Shown piece by piece: positions 62,080-64,000 of a DNA stretch of 64,000 nt (the first letter of the stretch is position 1; every line of letters begins with the position of its first letter). A model generated the notes under the pieces. That model searched no databases. It worked only from the letters and a program-made list of their open reading frames with translations, and was not told the origin of the DNA. A program made the translations under genes and the position numbers. This stretch comes from Basidiobolus meristosporus CBS 931.73 (taxonomy: Eukaryota > Fungi > Basidiobolomycota), in NCBI GenBank assembly GCA_002104905.1, contig MCFE01000164.1:83857-147856 (forward strand), in the 5' to 3' direction.

Positions 62080-64000
62080 TTAGGGGGGGAGACAGTCACC
62101 AACAGGTGAAATCTTTATTTCAGTTGAAACAAAGAAGCCAGCGCTACTGTTGTAGCTTTGATACAAGAGTGTGTAGCTGTGGGGAATTTGTAGGTAAGTT
62201 AATAAGAAGTGATGATAGTTCTTCAGTGCTCAAGACACTGTTCAGTGGGAAGGGGGGTAGCAAGAGAGGTAAGAATGACTTGTGAACAACATTAATGAGG
62301 GGAATGTGATAAGGATTGATATCATCATAAAGGGAGTGTGCTGCTGCAGATATTGCTGCCAAAGGTCTGTCAAGTACTTCAGGTAGGCCAGCTTGGGTTT
62401 TTCTGACTGCAGAATAAATTCAGCAAACTTCTTGACTTCAGGATCTCCAAGTATAGTTCTCCAGCAGGAGCCAGGTGTTGTGTGGTGTGTTCTCTTCCAG
62501 GCCTTAATCAGTGGGTTGTTGCAGTTGTGAAGTCTGAGGTATAATCTGGTTCTAAGGTAGAGAAGTCTGATCTTATAGGGCATAAACCCAAAAGCACCAA
62601 GAATAGCATGTCTGTAGGGGCATTCAGGCAAATGAGGCACCAAGGAGGTAATGCACCATACTGCAAACTTGTCAAGCTTAGTGCAGTCTCTAGAAGTAAG
62701 AGAGAGAAGTGGTAAGCCAAATTCCAGGACAGGGAAGACAAACTGCTTGAGTAGAAGGAGGCAGCTGGGAGCTGAAGTTGTAGGAGGAGTAACAGCCAGT
62801 AGCTTGTGGAGTGCCTGTCTTGCCAGGATAATTCTCTTCTTCAGGTGTGCTCCAGAGTCTAGTCCAGTAGGAAGGAAAGGAAAGCCAAGATATGTAGCAG
62901 AAACCTGAGCAGGTAGAGTGGTGTTCTCCAAGTTGATGGGAGAGCCTAAAGGTACTGTCTTTGCAATGGAAAGCTGGAGATTATTCTTCTGCAGATACTG
63001 GTGGATGGTCTGGGAGTCTTGTTGCACATTGGAGGAGGATATTCTGATGTCATCAGCAAAGAGAGTAACCAGGCAGTCAGCTGAGAGTCTTGGGAAATCA
63101 TTCAGGAAGATGGCAAACAGTATAGGACCAAGCACAGAGCCTTGAACCACTCCATTAGGAACTGAGAACACAGCTGATTGCTCACTTGGGTGCAGAATTC
63201 TTGCTTGTGGATTCAGAAACAGAGACCTGACAAGGAGGGTGAGAGAGGTACTAGAGAAGCATTGCAACTTGGACCAAAGCAGATTTCTGTTAACTGAATC
63301 AAAGGCCTTAGTAATATCAAACAGAACAGATGGATACTTGCACTGGAGAGAGTGATCTTGGCTAAGTATGACTGCATATTCCAAGGAGAGGCCAGGAACA
63401 AAGCCAAACTGTGCAGGATGAAACTTGAGGGAGTCAGAGTAGAGCTCCTGAGCAAGCAGAAGCTCAAACACCTTTCTGCAGGTGGGCAGCAGAGATATTG
63501 GCCTGTAGGAGCTAGGATCCAGGTGCTTTCCTTTACCCTTGTACGGTGGCAGAACATTTGCAAAGGACCATTCCTCAGGAGTAGAAAGCTGGGCTGAGCA
63601 TTGCTGAAACAGTGGAAGCAGAAGTGCAGACATGGCCTTGGTACTAGTCTTCAGAAGCTCATAGGAGATTGTGTCCACACCTGGAGCAGTAGAGTTGGGA
63701 AGCCTCTTGAGCACATTATGGATTCTCCCTTGATCAAGTGCAAGTGGGATGGGCAGAGTCTTGAAGTCAGGATGAAAGCCAGGAGTTGAGTACCACTTTG
63801 TAGAGAAGAAGATGTTAGCCAGCTGTTCTGTTGAAGGTAACTTCCTGGAAGAGGGCCTCATTGCCCTGTAGAGTCTTGATACTGTTCTTGTTATAGAGTT
63901 GGAAGATTGCAGAGGCAAAGAACTCATAATATGATCCCAGAGCTGAGTATGCAGAGTCTGGTGAATTGCCTTGGAGTGGTGTATGGCTGTCAGGAGGAGT
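62080..64000 (-). mobile_element. Non-LTR (LINE-like) retrotransposon copy B, 3' portion; runs off the window
   Basis: RT ORF 62242-63927 (frame open to the window edge) with APGVD, YRPISLL, QFGF, FDITKAFDSV, QGSVLGPILF and FADD motifs. AATAAA in the 3' UTR; terminus CCCCCCCTAA. Confidence 0.95.

Overview
Eukaryotic, almost certainly fungal, genomic DNA: short GT-AG introns with CTAAC branch points, and RPS21, SEC2, COX23, YPD1 and TGL2-like genes. Taxon cannot be assigned from the sequence alone. Two CpG-normal gene islands (about 13.7-26 kb and 39.6-54 kb) alternate with CpG-depleted transposon blocks (1-13.4 kb, 27-38 kb, 54.6-64 kb). The blocks are dominated by one compact Ty1/copia family (about 350-bp LTRs, TGTTGTAA...TTACAACA). 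It is present as about 10 nested, mostly deleted or chimeric copies plus solo and relic LTRs. One near-intact young copy lies at 57392-62078, with a CTTAG target-site duplication (TSD) and a half-tRNAi-Met primer-binding site (PBS). Other elements are a 714-bp foldback element inside a gag gene, a probable CACTA transposase relic, and a head-to-tail stack of non-LTR retrotransposon copies. The most unusual signal is that these non-LTR copies end in CCCTAA (TTAGGG-like on +) with no poly(A) tail. No tRNA, rRNA or CRISPR feature is supported. All alignments, splice models and counts were made by eye; boundaries marked approximate may be off by tens of bases.
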